Part shown: positions 19,673 to 30,379 of the stretch, one piece after another
Position numbering within the stretch: the stretch's first letter is position 1
How the letters are laid out: every line of letters starts with the position of its first letter
IMG/VR virus record: IMGVR_UViG_3300037400_005024
Coordinates: 94,254-158,253 of that record
Source of the DNA: a virus
Lineage: Duplodnaviria > Caudoviricetes
Reading direction: 5' to 3' (one strand)
Length of the DNA: 64,000 nucleotides
The notes under the pieces: model-generated
What the model saw: only the letters and a program-made list of their open reading frames with translations
Database searches by the model: none
What the model was told of the DNA's origin: nothing
Position numbers and translations under genes: made by a program

Positions 19673-20584
19673 TTACTTAGTGAACTTAAACTTATACAAC
19701 ATTGGATTATTTTCACAATGGTTAGGATTCATTGTGAGACCGAAACGGTTATAAATTACAATTACATCATTTGCAGTTTCAGGATCTTTTATGGTCTGTA
19801 ACTGAGAACCATAATCACCAAAAAATGCACTTGAACAGAATGGATCTTCTGGACTCCTTAAACCAACATATGCGGTTTCTGAATCATAATCAGGGTTTAC
19901 ATAATACTTCATTAAAGCAAAGTCTGCAACTAAAAGATTATCTGTATTAGTTGTATTCTTACCAGTATTATAAGCAAATGATGTCATAATTGCTGCAACA
20001 TACCTATATGGAATAACAGCATATGAACATAATGTTCTCTTTGTCTTTGAGTTCATCTTTAATGCTAATTCCTGAACTCTCTGAGTAATTTCGAACATCA
20101 TTGTTTCTGCATTTGATGAATCAGAAATTGAAATTGATGGAGTTTCAATAGCATTATTTTCTAAGAATTCTAATGTTTTCTCATTTTCATAGTTATTGCA
20201 AAGACCACGTAACATTTTAGCAACGTAAGTTCTTGCTTTATCTGGTCCATACATTGCTTCTAAATCATGAATTGCTTCAACAGTTAATTCTGTCATAATT
20301 GGCTTTGAAGGAAATGCTGTTAAATTACTTCTCTTCAAAATCAATCTTGGCTTATCAGGATTATAATTTCCTGAATTATCTGTTGTATGATGTGAATCAG
20401 TTAGTGTAAAAATACCAGCTAATGGTCCATTTGGCTTCACATTTGCAAAAATTGATCGACCTAAAGATGGTAAATCAGTCTGCTGAAAAACATCGTTTAA
20501 CGGAAACTTCGAATCAGTTGTTGCAATGTTTGGTGCATTTGAAGTGTTTAGACCAATTGGTGCTCTTTCTTCATTTAAATTCAT
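19673..20584 (-). CDS. capsid vertex / gp23 paralogue (gp24-like)
   Basis: I..V.P.GP..IF, T.EAIHDL.AMYG, DPET...V.YNRFGL parallel gp23 motifs. Confidence 0.75.
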   Translation of the reverse strand: MNLNEERAPIGLNTSNAPNIATTDSKFPLNDVFQQTDLPSLGRSIFANVKPNGPLAGIFTLTDSHHTTDNSGNYNPDKPRLILKRSNLTAFPSKPIMTELTVEAIHDLEAMYGPDKARTYVAKMLRGLCNNYENEKTLEFLENNAIETPSISISDSSNAETMMFEITQRVQELALKMNSKTKRTLCSYAVIPYRYVAAIMTSFAYNTGKNTTNTDNLLVADFALMKYYVNPDYDSETAYVGLRSPEDPFCSSAFFGDYGSQLQTIKDPETANDVIVIYNRFGLTMNPNHCENNPMLYKFKFTK

Positions 20585-20605
20585 CTTTAATTCTCTTTGA
20601 AAAAG

Positions 20606-20788
20606 TTAATCAACGGAACGTTGCTCATTAATTAAAATTTTAGTTAAATTATCAATCTCTTTTTGAACTTCTTCATCTAATTGTTTTAAATGTTCTTCTA
20701 AAACGTGTTGATGATTTAGAGCTTGAAGATATTTAACCATTTTTGAAATTTTATTTAAGTTTAAAATGGAATCTTGAAGTGATAACAT
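20606..20788 (-). CDS. small hypothetical protein
   Basis: ORF directly downstream of TATAAATA (20800-20807). Confidence 0.6.
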   Translation of the reverse strand: MLSLQDSILNLNKISKMVKYLQALNHQHVLEEHLKQLDEEVQKEIDNLTKILINEQRSVD

Positions 20789-20854
20789 TTTTTTTTAACT
20801 ATTTATAATAATTTTAACACAAATTAGAATACCTTCTTAAAGGTCCAAAAACTT

Positions 20855-21529
20855 TTAAAAAACTGATCGTAATTCAGTTAACAACATTTCATCGCATTTC
20901 TCGCTAAATTGACACCAAGAGCAATGTTTTCCACAATTTCTTTTAAAAACTTTATCTTGTAAAATAATATCAGATGTTTTTATAATAAAGTTTTGAGCAT
21001 TTTCAATATCTTCCTTTGTTACAATTTTTGAATTTATCTTGTTATGTTCAACATAAAGATAATTGATTTTGATTTTATTGTACTTTTTAAAAAATATTGA
21101 ATAAGTTAAAAGTTGTGAAAAATCTTGATTTTCCTTGAACTTACCAGTTTTGTAATCACAAAGATTTAATTCGTCATTTTCAAAAAAGATAAGATCTATA
21201 ATACCATGGAAAAAGGAATCTTCAAATGTATCATTTTCAAAATTCTTTGTTAAACCAAATTTAAACTCGCGAGCAGTTTTCTTATTAAGAAGAACATCTT
21301 TAAAATAATTTCCTATTTCTGAATTTAAAAAGTTTGAAACAATTGAATTTTCATGAAACTTAAATTCTTTACTTGCAATAAAATCAGGAAACTTTTCAAG
21401 AATTGAATGAACATTTGAACCCTTAACAAGAGCAGTACTTCGAACAGGTTTGATTTTATCGATATAAGAAAGCTTATATGCGAACGGACAAGTATTGTAT
21501 AAACTCAATGATGAAAATGAAAATGACAT
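20855..21529 (-). CDS. Cas4/RecB-like PD-(D/E)XK nuclease
   Basis: N-terminal CP, G..VH, GIIDLI, DYKTG, Q...Y, C-terminal CSWC...C Fe-S staple. Confidence 0.85.
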   Translation of the reverse strand: MSFSFSSLSLYNTCPFAYKLSYIDKIKPVRSTALVKGSNVHSILEKFPDFIASKEFKFHENSIVSNFLNSEIGNYFKDVLLNKKTAREFKFGLTKNFENDTFEDSFFHGIIDLIFFENDELNLCDYKTGKFKENQDFSQLLTYSIFFKKYNKIKINYLYVEHNKINSKIVTKEDIENAQNFIIKTSDIILQDKVFKRNCGKHCSWCQFSEKCDEMLLTELRSVF

Positions 21530-21551
21530 TGTATTCCTTTGTTAAATTAGT

Positions 21552-21824
21552 TTAAAAATTAAACTGATAATTAAAGATGTTTTCTATAGAAATTTCGCAG
21601 TGCTTTAAAACTGGATCTAAAACAATTTTAAATTCATTTAAAAAATCAGAGCTCTGATTATCAACATTTTTAACTGATTTAATCGTTGCAAACGACGTAT
21701 AAACACAATTTTCAAAAATTACATGTTTTGAAAGGTATCTCAATAAATCACCCTTTGATAATGGAAAATTAGAACAAATAGGTGTTTCATCAATGTTGTT
21801 TAAATCGATATTTAGCAATTCCAA
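21552..21824 (-). CDS. hypothetical protein
   Basis: ORF in operon with GAAGGG SD-like site. Confidence 0.5.
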   Translation of the reverse strand: MELLNIDLNNIDETPICSNFPLSKGDLLRYLSKHVIFENCVYTSFATIKSVKNVDNQSSDFLNEFKIVLDPVLKHCEISIENIFNYQFNF

Positions 21825-21895
21825 ATGCCCTTCTAAATAATTTAAAATTGAGTAAAAAATGGAATATCTAAAAAATTAGATATTCCTTTTAAAAA

Positions 21896-22273
21896 TTATT
21901 CTTCTTTAGACATAAGATCAGCAATAGCTGTCATACAATCAGCATCGTTTTCAATGATATTCTGGACAAAGTCAATTTCCTCTAACTCTGAAGCACTTGA
22001 CTTCTTTGAACGTTTAATATTGTTGTACGCCTTCAGGGCAATCTTAGTACTTAGTCCAGTAAGTTCAAACTCATGTTTGAGTTCCTTAATATCTGCCTTA
22101 ATTGTCTTAATCTGCTTTTCAAGATTAGCATATCGCTTTACAAAACTTGTAATGTTAAGAACATTATCTTCAGTTGCAACTGGCTTAATCGGTGTTTCTT
22201 CAATCTTTCCAAAATTTTCAATGTCTTCAATCTTTAAAGTTTCATTTGTATCTGACATGTTTTTATTCCTCAT
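21896..22273 (-). CDS. dsDNA-binding protein (T4 DsbA/GapR-like)
   Basis: FVKRY.NLE...IKADIKELK....GL..K helix pattern. Confidence 0.65.
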   Translation of the reverse strand: MRNKNMSDTNETLKIEDIENFGKIEETPIKPVATEDNVLNITSFVKRYANLEKQIKTIKADIKELKHEFELTGLSTKIALKAYNNIKRSKKSSASELEEIDFVQNIIENDADCMTAIADLMSKEE

Positions 22274-22290
22274 CTAATTAAATTATTTAT

Positions 22291-22857
22291 TTAAGAAAAA
22301 AAGCCCTTTTTAATCTTACTGTTCCTTTCATTAAGTAACATACAATTATCGATGTTCTCAATATTTGAACGAACAATTTCTAATTCAGGTTCTGGAATAT
22401 CAATGTAAATCCATGCACCAGTTATCTGATCTTCTGAAACTGACTTATCTGTAAATGTGATTGCATTATCAAAATTTAAAATAAGTCTTGGCTTCTGCAT
22501 AGTTGGATCATCTTTAATCTTTATAAAAGTTAAATGATCTAAATTTACAAAATAAAATCTTGTTCTTTCATCATCTGCTAAATTCTTAACTTCTCTGAAA
22601 TTCAATAAACCATTTGAGGTCATCTTTTCAATTTTATCTTTTAAACTGTTAAAAAATTCAGAGTACTCTTCATAAGAATCGAAGTCCTTATACTTATAAT
22701 CTGAAATTGTCTTAAGTGCACCAGATGGTGTTTTAACACGATTTAATTTTACTGAATAATCATATAAAAAGATCATTCTTAAGTTAACTGGATCACACTC
22801 AATATTTGAAACAGTCTTTAAATTGATAAAATAGTTATTGTTTAATTTAATTAGCAT
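22291..22857 (-). CDS. hypothetical protein (internally duplicated domain)
   Basis: YFINLK..I and YFVNLD..I halves. Confidence 0.65.
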   Translation of the reverse strand: MLIKLNNNYFINLKTVSNIECDPVNLRMIFLYDYSVKLNRVKTPSGALKTISDYKYKDFDSYEEYSEFFNSLKDKIEKMTSNGLLNFREVKNLADDERTRFYFVNLDHLTFIKIKDDPTMQKPRLILNFDNAITFTDKSVSEDQITGAWIYIDIPEPELEIVRSNIENIDNCMLLNERNSKIKKGFFS

Positions 22858-22859
22858 AT

Positions 22860-23129
22860 TTAATCCTTTTTTAATTTTTCAATTTCGTCTTTAAGAGATT
22901 TATTTTCATCAATAAGCATTTCAATGAGTTTCATAAACAAATAGTTTTCGCCAGTTTTAGGTTTGAAATATTTAAGTGAAAACATAGGAACATCATTCAA
23001 TGTTCTAATTTCAGAATCAATTAAAAATTTCTTTGCTTCAAAATCATTAAAACACATATTGATTTTTTCCTTATCAAATTCATCATTTGATATATTTATA
23101 TTGTAATTTGATTTTAGAAAAAATTTCAC
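22860..23129 (-). CDS. hypothetical protein
   Basis: ORF in operon. Confidence 0.55.
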   Translation of the reverse strand: MKFFLKSNYNINISNDEFDKEKINMCFNDFEAKKFLIDSEIRTLNDVPMFSLKYFKPKTGENYLFMKLIEMLIDENKSLKDEIEKLKKD

Positions 23130-23141
23130 ACAACCTTAAAA

Positions 23142-24152
23142 TTATAAAATAGTTTTAATTTTAACTTGTGCTAACACACCTTCATATAAATTGTTTAAAA
23201 TAATTTCTTTAACATTCTTTCCAGCTTTTAACATTTCGTTACAGTCCTTTTCAGGTTCTGAATGAATTAAAACTTTATAACCTCGCTTTGCGTATTTTAA
23301 CATATTTAGCAATCCTGTTCTATCATTATCAAGACAAAATACAGGTTCTTTAAGTTCTTTTAGTCTCTCATCAGGAAGTTGTGCACCTAAACAAGCAATG
23401 CAATTACTTAAACCAGACTGAATCGCACTTAAAGCATCAAAAATACCTTCAAAAATATAAACAGGCTTTTCTTTATCAACATTAAAGAAATTCCAAACTT
23501 TATAAGAATTATTTTCAGGATTCATGTAAGTACAGAATTTCTTTTCAGAAATATTTCTTGAATAAAAGCCATACCATTCAAAGTTTTCGTTGTACAACGG
23601 AATAATGATTGAATTTCTAAGATTGTGTTCTTTTTCACCGATTTTTAAAACTGTATTTGAATAAAACAATTTCATTGAAGTGTTGTATTTAAAACCGCGA
23701 CTTTCAAAATAGTCAAGTGCTGGTTTATAAGATTCTAATGGTTTGAAATACTCTGAAAAATCTTGGTAAATTAGTTTTACACCACTTGAAGCGCTTGAAT
23801 TATTGGCAGCGCTGTCATTATTTTTACTTTCGTTACTTTCAATTTTAAAATCTTCTAATATATTAAACAAAGATTTTCTTTTATATTCAGAAATATACTT
23901 GTCATATAAACTAGGATAAAATTCTTTTAGAAAAGAAAATATGTTTTTGTTGTGAACTGGACAATCGCCATTAAAACAGTTTACAAATGAGGCATTGCAT
24001 GCGCTGTATAAATGCAATCTAGCTTTGTTTTCAGATTTTCTTGAATCACCACAAACAGGACATCTTGCAACAATTTCATTTGGTGATTCTTTTCTAATTC
24101 GTTCAGTACCAACTGCGAGTTTAAAGTACTTAACATCATTTTGATCAAGCAT
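23142..24152 (-). CDS. gp61: DNA primase
   Basis: RCPVCGDS..K.R, CFNGDC zinc ribbon; EGIFDA, LDND TOPRIM; KDCNE. Confidence 0.92.
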   Translation of the reverse strand: MLDQNDVKYFKLAVGTERIRKESPNEIVARCPVCGDSRKSENKARLHLYSACNASFVNCFNGDCPVHNKNIFSFLKEFYPSLYDKYISEYKRKSLFNILEDFKIESNESKNNDSAANNSSASSGVKLIYQDFSEYFKPLESYKPALDYFESRGFKYNTSMKLFYSNTVLKIGEKEHNLRNSIIIPLYNENFEWYGFYSRNISEKKFCTYMNPENNSYKVWNFFNVDKEKPVYIFEGIFDALSAIQSGLSNCIACLGAQLPDERLKELKEPVFCLDNDRTGLLNMLKYAKRGYKVLIHSEPEKDCNEMLKAGKNVKEIILNNLYEGVLAQVKIKTIL

Positions 24153-24215
24153 TTTAAAATTTTCCTTTTAACTTAATTTCAGCACCTTTTAACAAGATGC
24201 TGAAAAAAATTTAAT

Positions 24216-25328
24216 TTATAAAAAATCTTCTAAAGTTAATTCAGCTTTAAAATTACTTGGTAAATTTTCAAGTAAATTATCAAAATTATTTTCGTAAATG
24301 TAATTTCTAAATTCTTTATTATTATACTTTGGCTTTTGATTTTCAAAGTTTTCAACAATATTTTTAAAAATATTTTCAGGAATATAATCAGCTAAAACTA
24401 ACTTCTTATTGCGTTCATAATTCAATCTATATTCTTTATTTGAATTTAGCCAATTTTCTAAAGATCCATATTTTTTGATTTCTTTTCTTAAAGTTGTTTT
24501 ACCAAATCTTTCTTTCTTAAAGACTGAAGGTAACATTGTTTCAGGAGCATCTTTACGTTTTGAAGAATTTTTGACTGGTAGTCCAAATTCTGAATGATAA
24601 AATTTATCAATTAGATTAGAACGTTTTTCATCTGAAAATTCATAATTAAACTGATATGTATCAATATTAGTATTTTCAGTTTCTAAGAATTTCTTGAATT
24701 CATCTGAAAATACTGTAAAATCGACAACCTTAGGAACTTCGTCACATGCATCACCTAAGATAACATGATCTAGTAACCAATCATCAAGTGATTCTTCATG
24801 CTTTGTTTCTTCAGTTATATATTTTCTAGTAAATAAAGAATATTGTGTTACATCACCGTATTTCTTTGCTTGTAACATATCTTTATCTGAACTGATGATT
24901 AAAATTCTTTCAGATTTTGCAAATTTCTTTGCAAGACAAAGAATAACATCATCACCTTCAGCACCATCTGACTTTACAATTTTAAATGGAGTATATTTCT
25001 TTAAAATTTCTAAAACTGAATCAATTTCTGGAAACACCTCATTATACTTGATTGGTGACTTTTCACGAAATGCTTTTCTTGAATTTTTATAATTGCTGTA
25101 AATATCTTTTCTCCAATTTTTCTTTGAATGGTCATCTAAACAAATTACAATATCACCAAACATTGCAAAATCATTTTGAACATTTAAAATTTCTTCTAAA
25201 ATTCTATACTTAGTATATTGAATAAATTCTTTTGTTTCGTATTGTCCGTCAACTTCCTTAGGTTTAATTGCTGAAATTGCAGAAAAAATGCATTGATGCA
25301 TTACTGCAGAAAAATCTAATAAAATCAT
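24216..25328 (-). CDS. rnh: T4-type RNase H (5'-3' exonuclease)
   Basis: MILLDFS, WRKDIY..YK..R, EGDDVI, SSDKD, GD..D.VP. Confidence 0.92.
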   Translation of the reverse strand: MILLDFSAVMHQCIFSAISAIKPKEVDGQYETKEFIQYTKYRILEEILNVQNDFAMFGDIVICLDDHSKKNWRKDIYSNYKNSRKAFREKSPIKYNEVFPEIDSVLEILKKYTPFKIVKSDGAEGDDVILCLAKKFAKSERILIISSDKDMLQAKKYGDVTQYSLFTRKYITEETKHEESLDDWLLDHVILGDACDEVPKVVDFTVFSDEFKKFLETENTNIDTYQFNYEFSDEKRSNLIDKFYHSEFGLPVKNSSKRKDAPETMLPSVFKKERFGKTTLRKEIKKYGSLENWLNSNKEYRLNYERNKKLVLADYIPENIFKNIVENFENQKPKYNNKEFRNYIYENNFDNLLENLPSNFKAELTLEDFL

Positions 25329-25466
25329 TAAATATCCTTTTGATTAGGTTCATATTATTTTATATTTTTTAAATGTACTTTTTAATGTAGTCCTAAAAAT
25401 AAAAAAAAAAAGATGTTCACATGGAACATCTTTAAAAATCTTAGGAGGGAGTTTAATTATTATAAT

Positions 25467-25787
25467 TTATGCTTTTTCTTCTGCAAATCTTAGGAGATCA
25501 CGACCTAAATCAGTTAAGTGATACTGTCTATTTTCAGGGTAATAGTGATAAAGATTATCATTTCGCATTCTAGTAAAAATTGTTGAACGGTAACCTGGAC
25601 GATGACCTTCAATTCCGTCAACTTCAGTGTTAATCTGATCACGGGTATATGATGGGTGCATTTCAATTGCTTTTAAAATCTTGTAATTGACATGTTCTGG
25701 CTTAATCTTTGAAAAAGCAACCTTTGCATGATAAGCGTCGTGATAAACTGAACGAACTGACAACTCTGGTAATTTAATTTCTTTCAT
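25467..25787 (-). CDS. early hypothetical protein, possibly winged-helix
   Basis: Behind early promoter; C-terminal YHLTDLGR. Confidence 0.6.
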   Translation of the reverse strand: MKEIKLPELSVRSVYHDAYHAKVAFSKIKPEHVNYKILKAIEMHPSYTRDQINTEVDGIEGHRPGYRSTIFTRMRNDNLYHYYPENRQYHLTDLGRDLLRFAEEKA

Positions 25788-25824
25788 AATGTTTTCCTTT
25801 TTAAAAATTTGTTTTTACATATAC

Positions 25825-25854
25825 ATTATAACACAAAAAATTTAAAATGTAAAC
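25825..25854 (-). promoter_or_regulatory. T4-like early (sigma70) promoter GTTTAC(A/G)-N17-TATAAT (representative of 6)
   Basis: Also at 31126-31155, 41861-41890, 42042-42071, 45841-45870, 63068-63097; exact 17-bp spacer each time. Confidence 0.9.
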
Positions 25855-26106
25855 AAATTTTTTAAAAAAAAATTATACGAACGTTTCAGTTTTTTAAAAT
25901 TTAGGTCGTTCAATTAGAAATACAGTAATTAAAATAAAAATTACAGAAAATATAAAATATGTTGTCATGAACTGCTCCAATTCACTCTAAATCACATTCA
26001 GAACACTCGTAATATAATTACTTTTAAAATATTTAAAGTGTGATTAAAGTCATTTCTCTATTATTTAAACCTATTGCAAAAAGAATGCAATAGGTTAAAA
26101 TATATC

Positions 26107-27039
26107 TTAAACTGCCATTTCAAACTTTAAAGGTTCGTCATGAACATAATTCTCTAAGACAAAATCCGATGTCTTAACTGACTTTAAAATATCATCTAAA
26201 CTCATATTCTGATAATCCAAATCTGGCATTTTCAGTTGAGGCAATTGATGAGGAATCCTCTTCAACTGAACTTTAGCAGAGTCAATGTGATTTTTATAAA
26301 TGTGAGTATCACCAAAATTGCCAATGAGTTCTAATGGAATTTTACCTGTCATCTTTGCAATGATGTTTAATAAAAGTGCATAACTTGCAATGTTAAAAGG
26401 TAATCCTGTGCAGGAATCGATTGATCTTTGATTCCACATTAAACTCAAGTACTGATTTTCAGGTCCTGAAACATAGAACTGAAAACTGTAATGACAAGGA
26501 GGTAGTGCCATATTTTCTAGTTCAGGAACGTTCCATGCACTTACTAGTAATCTTCTAGAATGAGGATTGTTTTTAATCTCATTTATTACGTTAGTTAACT
26601 GATCAAATTCTTGAATTGCGTATGTTATTGTTTTGCCTAACTTTGAATGACCATTTCCAGCAAGTGCTTTCCAATGTCTCCAGTTATAACCATAAATTGG
26701 ACCTAACTCACCATTGCCATATCCAAGATTCTTGCCTTGATTTTGATAATTTAAGGTCCAAATTGTTTTCTTCTCCTTTTCAGTTAACTGATCATAAGGT
26801 TTGTTATCGTTCTTAATTTCAGCTAAACGATGTTCATTAGTAGAACCTTCTAAGAACCAAAGTAATTCCGAGACAACCGAACGCCAGGCGAGCGATTTCG
26901 TTGTAACAGCTGGAAAGCCATCTTTTAAATTGAACCTAAGTGACCTTCCAAAGACTGAAATTGTACCAACTCCAGTTCTATCGTGTCTTTCTTCGCCGTT
27001 TTCTAAAATGTCTTCTAATAAATCTAAGTAATTTTTCAT
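26107..27039 (-). CDS. td: thymidylate synthase ThyA
   Basis: DRTGVGT, ELLWFL, SRR, LPPCH, QRS.D, PFNIASY, HIY. Confidence 0.97.
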   Translation of the reverse strand: MKNYLDLLEDILENGEERHDRTGVGTISVFGRSLRFNLKDGFPAVTTKSLAWRSVVSELLWFLEGSTNEHRLAEIKNDNKPYDQLTEKEKKTIWTLNYQNQGKNLGYGNGELGPIYGYNWRHWKALAGNGHSKLGKTITYAIQEFDQLTNVINEIKNNPHSRRLLVSAWNVPELENMALPPCHYSFQFYVSGPENQYLSLMWNQRSIDSCTGLPFNIASYALLLNIIAKMTGKIPLELIGNFGDTHIYKNHIDSAKVQLKRIPHQLPQLKMPDLDYQNMSLDDILKSVKTSDFVLENYVHDEPLKFEMAV

Positions 27040-27063
27040 AAGAAATTCCTTTAAGAGATTAAA

Positions 27064-27405
27064 TTATTCAAAAAGTTCTGGAACCATTTCTGGATTGTCT
27101 AAAGCGTACTCTAAAAATTCACGTTCATGTAAATTTAAAAGATGATCTTTTAATTCAAATTTGTTAAAAGAAATTAAATGCCCATAGTTGTCAATTGTAA
27201 AATAGTCATCGTTCAGGTCAACATCTCCGTACACAACACTTTCAACAATGTCATATACAGAAAATCCATGGAAAAGACTTCCATAATCACGCGAATATTC
27301 TTCATCACTAATTGCAGTTACTAGAAACAGTAAAGTATCTAAATCAGAATTTTCAAGTCTTTCCTGAACTCTTGAAATTTCATCTTCTGTCAGTTCTCTA
27401 TCCAT
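27064..27405 (-). CDS. acidic hypothetical protein
   Basis: ORF with SD; DDYF..D.YG.L.S motif. Confidence 0.65.
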   Translation of the reverse strand: MDRELTEDEISRVQERLENSDLDTLLFLVTAISDEEYSRDYGSLFHGFSVYDIVESVVYGDVDLNDDYFTIDNYGHLISFNKFELKDHLLNLHEREFLEYALDNPEMVPELFE

Positions 27406-27424
27406 CTTCCTAAGTCTCCTTAAA

Positions 27425-28726
27425 TTATAAACGTTTAGCCATGTCTCTTAACTGAATAACTTTTTCTAAAGTATCAGTTTCGTCTTTGTCGTTTCGCATC
27501 TCGACAAAGCGTGGATGACTCAGCGCATAGTAATCATTATTTTCAGATTTTACAATATCATTAAATTCAACTGAAATAATTTTTCCGATTAGATTATCTT
27601 TATTCTTTGTAAACTCATCTAACTCTGCGTCTGAAAAACCTGAGCACTGACCTTTTACAGTTCCTTCATCATTACTGAACTGAATTGCTCCAATTTTACC
27701 TTCACGTTTAGTACCAACTGTACCTTCAGTGAAACCAGTAATTCTCATTTCAGCATCGACTTTTAACTTGATTTTTAACTGAGTTCCTGAAGTTCCATTC
27801 TTAAAACAGTTTTGCTTGTCCTTCAAAACTCCACCTTCAAGTCCATGTTCCATCCATTCTGAAACATATTCAAGTGCTTCATCGATTGAATTTACTTCAT
27901 AGTTAGGTACAAGTTTTACCCTGTTAGATTCATGTTTTTCTATAATATCTGATAAAGATTCAAATCTAGAATAATAAGGAGTTTTTGTCTTTTCAAGATA
28001 ATCATCATCAGTTAGGTAATCCCATACTGTAAAAGTTATCTTTTCATAAGGTGGATTCAACGAATTGATCAATCCATTTCCAGTAAATCTTGACTCACCA
28101 TCAATTGTAAGTTCGCCGGTATAATAACCATTGGGAAAATTCATCATTTCCTTAAATAAAACTGGATTAGAGTATTCTTCGCCTGAACGCGTTTTACCTG
28201 TAACTTGACCGTCAGCTACATGAATTTCTCTGTAAGTTCCATCCATTTTTAACTGAATGAATGCAGGAAATTTGATTTTCTTCAGAGTCTTTTCAGATAA
28301 AACTGCACACCTCATGTAATTTGGCTTTGGAATTAAATTTTTAAAAATCTTGTTTATACTTTTAATGTTTAAACCGATTTTTAAATCTCTACCTAAAACG
28401 TTTAAAAGAATTTCTTTATTTTCAGAATCAAGATTCTTTAAAAGTTCATCAACGAACTCATGAGTTTTATTTCCTCTGATGTCACCTGAACCTAAAGTTT
28501 CAATTTCAGTTAAAACATCTTCAATGTTTTTATTGCTGTGAACATTTAAAAACTTTGAATTTTGAACAATGTAGTTTTTAGAAATATTAAAATTGTACTT
28601 ATTTCTGTTGTAGGTGAGTTCTAGCAACTTTTTAAAAATGGAATCATCTTGATATTTCTTTAAAAGATCAAGTTTGTAATTTGATGAATTTGATTCATTT
28701 AATTCATTTAGAATATCTTTCAACAT
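27425..28726 (-). CDS. gp30: ATP-dependent DNA ligase
   Basis: QLKMDG, GEL, EGGVLK, KIK, HPRF..R.DK. Confidence 0.95.
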   Translation of the reverse strand: MLKDILNELNESNSSNYKLDLLKKYQDDSIFKKLLELTYNRNKYNFNISKNYIVQNSKFLNVHSNKNIEDVLTEIETLGSGDIRGNKTHEFVDELLKNLDSENKEILLNVLGRDLKIGLNIKSINKIFKNLIPKPNYMRCAVLSEKTLKKIKFPAFIQLKMDGTYREIHVADGQVTGKTRSGEEYSNPVLFKEMMNFPNGYYTGELTIDGESRFTGNGLINSLNPPYEKITFTVWDYLTDDDYLEKTKTPYYSRFESLSDIIEKHESNRVKLVPNYEVNSIDEALEYVSEWMEHGLEGGVLKDKQNCFKNGTSGTQLKIKLKVDAEMRITGFTEGTVGTKREGKIGAIQFSNDEGTVKGQCSGFSDAELDEFTKNKDNLIGKIISVEFNDIVKSENNDYYALSHPRFVEMRNDKDETDTLEKVIQLRDMAKRL

Positions 28727-28742
28727 TTTGAAATTCCTTTAA

Positions 28743-28904
28743 TCAAATAGCTAAAATCATTTCACAAAACAAATACTCATCTAAATTATTATCTATGAGT
28801 TTGTTTATGTTGTCAATTAAATCAGCACAATCAAAAACTAAAAAATCATGTGTTTCAGTTTGATTTACTAGATTCATTAAATTAAACATTTCTAATTCAA
28901 ACAT
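28743..28904 (-). CDS. 53-aa hypothetical protein
   Basis: MFELEMFNL...ILAI*, GAGG SD, between promoter and ligase. Confidence 0.55.
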   Translation of the reverse strand: MFELEMFNLMNLVNQTETHDFLVFDCADLIDNINKLIDNNLDEYLFCEMILAI

Positions 28905-29060
28905 TTTGAAATACCTCTTTTGTGTTTATTTTATATTAGAAACGTTTAATTTTTTAAATGACCATAATTTTTTTAAAAATTTATTTTATAAATAAAATAA
29001 AAATCAATATTTTATTTTTTAATAATTATATTATAAACAAAACAAAAAGGACATACTACC

Positions 29061-30379
29061 TTGAAAAAGAAAATTTCTGAGAAAAATATCAAAGGATTAG
29101 TGTTAACACTAAAGCCTGATAATGCTCAGAAATTGCTTTTAGATAAACATTTGAATGATACCAGATTCATTTATAATCAATATGTCGAAGAATATTTAAA
29201 AGCTATTAAAGAAGATAGACTTCCAGATTATAAAAATTATCAGGACCTACGTGCTGAACACGAATTTCTTAAAGGTTCTTATTCATGGACTCTTCATTGT
29301 GTTTTATATAAATTTAAACAGACTAATAAAATAAATAGATCTAAAAGATCAAAAGGTCAAAAAGTCAAAAAGTAGGTCTAATTAAATTTAGATCTAAAAA
29401 GTCTCATTCAGATTATTTTTATACCAATAATGTAAAACTTTCATATGATATTGCCTCTAAGTCAAATTCATATGTTTATATTCCAAAAATAGGTAATGTT
29501 AAATTCTTATGTAAAAATATTAAATCTGAATTTTTAAATGGTAAAATTAAAACTTGTACTGTTAAAAGATCTAAGACTGGAGTTTACAAGATTTCGTTAC
29601 TTGTCGAGATCGACAAAGTTTACGAAGAACGTAAAGATAATAAACATATTGGATTAGATTTCTCTTTAAGAGATTTCTTCGTTGACAGTTTTGGTGCGAA
29701 AGCACCAGAGTTCTCAACAAAGAGATCTAAGTTAGAATCACTTCAAAAGAAAATTGATTCTTTAAATACTCTTATTTCGAAGATGAGAAACAAGTCTGAG
29801 AAAAAGCGTAAGGTCTCTGTTAAAGCTCATCGCATAGCGATGAAACGTAACAAACTCTACGAAAGAGTTCATAATGTTCAAGTTGATTATATAAACAAGT
29901 TATCAAGAGATTTGTGTAAACACAATGAATTGATAGTACTTGAAAATTTGAATCTTCAAGAAATGTCTGAAAGAACTTCTTATAACGATCCAGAAACTTC
30001 CACCAAAGGTGGTAATCATGGAAAATCTGTAAGTTTGTTACAATGGAGTTATTTTCTCAAAAAGTTAGAAGAGAACTCTGAAAAATTTGGAAATGTCATT
30101 GTCCTCGCGGACAAATTCTTTCCAAGTTCACAGATTTGTTCTAAGTGTAGAGAAAGACACCCAGAAATGAAAGATGTTACCAATCGTACACTAAAGTGTA
30201 AATGCGGTAATATAATAGATAGAGATTATAACTCAGCTCTTAATCTTTTAAAATTCGGTGAGTCTGTTGTTTACAACAAATCTTACCAAACTCTTGGAAA
30301 GGAACTTTCGGAGTATAAAGCTTTTAAGTGTTTAGATTTTTCAAGATCAAAAGCACTTAAACTGGAATTAAGTATTTAA
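29061..30379 (+). pseudogene. tnpB: TnpB (IS200/IS605 OrfB) RNA-guided nuclease, frameshifted
   Basis: HTH (RFIYN), IGLDF (RuvC-I, in the gap between the two track ORFs), IVLENL, FPSSQICSKC...CKCG, DRDYNSALN; 8-bp duplication at 29356-29371 breaks the frame. Confidence 0.88.

Noticed and set aside
25968-25978. GGAGCAGTTCA on minus strand as another IS right end
   Set aside because: Only the terminal motif matches; the subterminal hairpin is not recognisable
29373-29375. TAG inside tnpB as evidence of stop-codon recoding
   Set aside because: The downstream part is in a different frame, explained by the 8-bp duplication; TAG terminates other genes normally
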